Assembly (NCBI GenBank): GCA_964349065.1
Contig: CAYGEY010000001.1
Coordinates: 4,261 to 68,260 of the forward strand
DNA from: an uncultured Candidatus Peribacteria bacterium
GTDB taxonomy: Bacteria > Patescibacteriota > Gracilibacteria > 1-14-2-50-48-13
Reading direction: 5' to 3'
DNA length: 64,000 nt
Both the position numbers and the translations under genes were made by a program. This document shows, in pieces, positions 62,729-64,000 of this stretch. Each line of letters starts with the position of its first letter. Within the stretch, counting starts at the first letter, position 1. The notes below the pieces were generated by a model. That model worked only from the letters and a program-made list of their open reading frames with translations. It was not told the DNA's origin and ran no database searches.

Positions 62729-63967
62729 ATGTCCAAAGAAAGAACCATAGCGAGTATAGACATCGGTAATTATAAAATACGCACAGCCATAGGTGTGCTG
62801 ACACAAGACAAAAAAGTGCCGAGTGTTGTGGGTGTTGGAGTTTCTCCTTCTACAGGTATGCGAAGGGGGCAGGTAATAGATGTAGAAGAAGCTATCAACA
62901 ATATAACAGCTTCACTTGAGGAAGCAGAGCGGATGGCAGGTGAACCAATCAATCACGTATTCATAGGAATAGGTGGTCACCATATTGACGCTGTTGAAGC
63001 CAAAGGTGTCATCGCAACACAAGGTGAAGAAATCATTGAATCAGACGTAGCACGAGTATTAGAAACAGCCCAAGCAATCTCCATCCCTTCCAACAAACAA
63101 GTTATTAAAATCATTCCAAAATTCTTCTCAATCGACAACCAAAGAGGTGTCAGATATCCGGTTGGAATGATCGGACGAAAATTAGAAGTGGAAGCACACA
63201 TTATATCAGGCCAATCTGCAACTATAAAAAATATTGAAAAATGCGTTCACGAAGCAGGAGTTGATATCGATGATATTGTACCAAATACACTAGCCGCCAG
63301 TGAAGCAGTTCTCTCCAAGAGACAAAAAGAACTTGGAGTTGTAGTAATAGATATCGGTCACGGAAGCACAAGTATGGCTGTGTATGAAGAAGGATCTTTA
63401 ATCCACACCGCTGTCCTCCCCCTTGGTGGAGAAAACGTCACCAATGACATCGCTATTGGAGCAAGAACAAGCTTAGACATGGCTGAAAAACTTAAAAACG
63501 AATATGGTACATGTGCAATCAAAGAAGTCGACCCAAAGCAAAGCATCAACATGAAAGATCTTGGAGGAACTGATGAAAAAATAGAACGATCATATATAGC
63601 TCAAATAGTCGAAGCGAGATACTACGAAATATTGATCATGGCCCGCAATGAACTACGAAAGATCCGACGTGAAGGAATGCTCCCAGCAGGAGTAGTCTTC
63701 ACCGGAGGAGGATGCAAATGTCATGGTCTACTTGACCTAGCCCGAGATCTCCTCTCCCTCCCTGTCCAGATCGGATTCCCACACGAAACATCAAGTGTTA
63801 TTGAGCAAGTGGACGATCCATCTTTTGCCACCTGCGTCGGCCTTCTCGTATGGGGAGCGCGCATGGAGCCTGCCAAGTATGGCTTCAACTTCTCAATGAA
63901 AAACTTCGATGCCGTAAAGGGCGCCTTAGGCAAAGCGAAGAACATGTTTACAAAACTTTTACCTTAA
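62729..63967 (+). CDS. ftsA: cell division protein FtsA
   Basis: IASIDIGNYKIRTAIG, VVIDIGHGSTSMAVYEEGSL and GGENVTNDIA actin-fold motifs. A C-terminal amphipathic tail is present. Confidence 0.9.
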   Translation: MSKERTIASIDIGNYKIRTAIGVLTQDKKVPSVVGVGVSPSTGMRRGQVIDVEEAINNITASLEEAERMAGEPINHVFIGIGGHHIDAVEAKGVIATQGEEIIESDVARVLETAQAISIPSNKQVIKIIPKFFSIDNQRGVRYPVGMIGRKLEVEAHIISGQSATIKNIEKCVHEAGVDIDDIVPNTLAASEAVLSKRQKELGVVVIDIGHGSTSMAVYEEGSLIHTAVLPLGGENVTNDIAIGARTSLDMAEKLKNEYGTCAIKEVDPKQSINMKDLGGTDEKIERSYIAQIVEARYYEILIMARNELRKIRREGMLPAGVVFTGGGCKCHGLLDLARDLLSLPVQIGFPHETSSVIEQVDDPSFATCVGLLVWGARMEPAKYGFNFSMKNFDAVKGALGKAKNMFTKLLP

Positions 63968-64000
63968 CCATAAATATTTCTTTATTATTATTTAACTTTA

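Noticed and set aside
1-64000. A possible alternative genetic code (UGA recoding, as in some CPR lineages).
   Set aside because: Well-conserved genes end at TGA where orthologs end (for example gnd at 33513-15 and zwf at 34865-67), and long ORFs are intact under the standard code.

Overview
This is an AT-rich, tightly packed bacterial chromosomal segment read in the standard genetic code; TAA, TAG and TGA all terminate clear homologs. The taxon cannot be verified from sequence alone. The content fits an uncultivated, CPR/Patescibacteria-like organism with an SLH-anchored surface layer: a VirB2/TrbC-like pilin-domain protein, three SLH proteins, a giant surface protein and many orphan secreted proteins. 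That assignment is inference.

Recognisable core genes:
- infC-rpmI-rplT and cysS
- tRNA-Pro(UGG) and tmRNA (ssrA)
- engB, an MscS channel and a Kef-type antiporter
- a gnd-zwf-glucokinase operon
- a DEAD-box helicase and ftsA

Most interesting, unexplained content:
1. Two families of long structured hairpin repeats (4 + 2 copies). Each has variable but compensated outer stems and a conserved core, and nearly every copy fills the space between a stop codon and the next gene.
2. A roughly 9 kb minus-strand block (16.1-25.4 kb). It encodes an SLH-RlpA-CAP wall protein, a Cys-rich protein ending in a VirB2/TrbC-like pilin domain, and four translationally coupled orphan secreted proteins.
3. A 2797-aa SLH-anchored surface protein built from an unrecognised Cys-containing module.
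4. A TrmB-type regulator divergent from a beta-barrel-like secreted protein and a B12-type radical SAM enzyme with a CX7CX2C motif. The same 10-nt motif sits in both leaders.
5. An accessory-looking stretch next to ssrA, containing a MazF remnant, a duplicated consensus promoter/leader cassette driving unrelated small genes, a coupled 163-aa + zinc-ribbon pair, perfect palindromes and an orphan HicB-like gene.
6. A tandem cluster of five small minus-strand genes, possibly toxin-antitoxin-like, that includes two 59-aa paralogs missing from the ORF track.

No CRISPR array, rRNA, transposase or integrase was seen.
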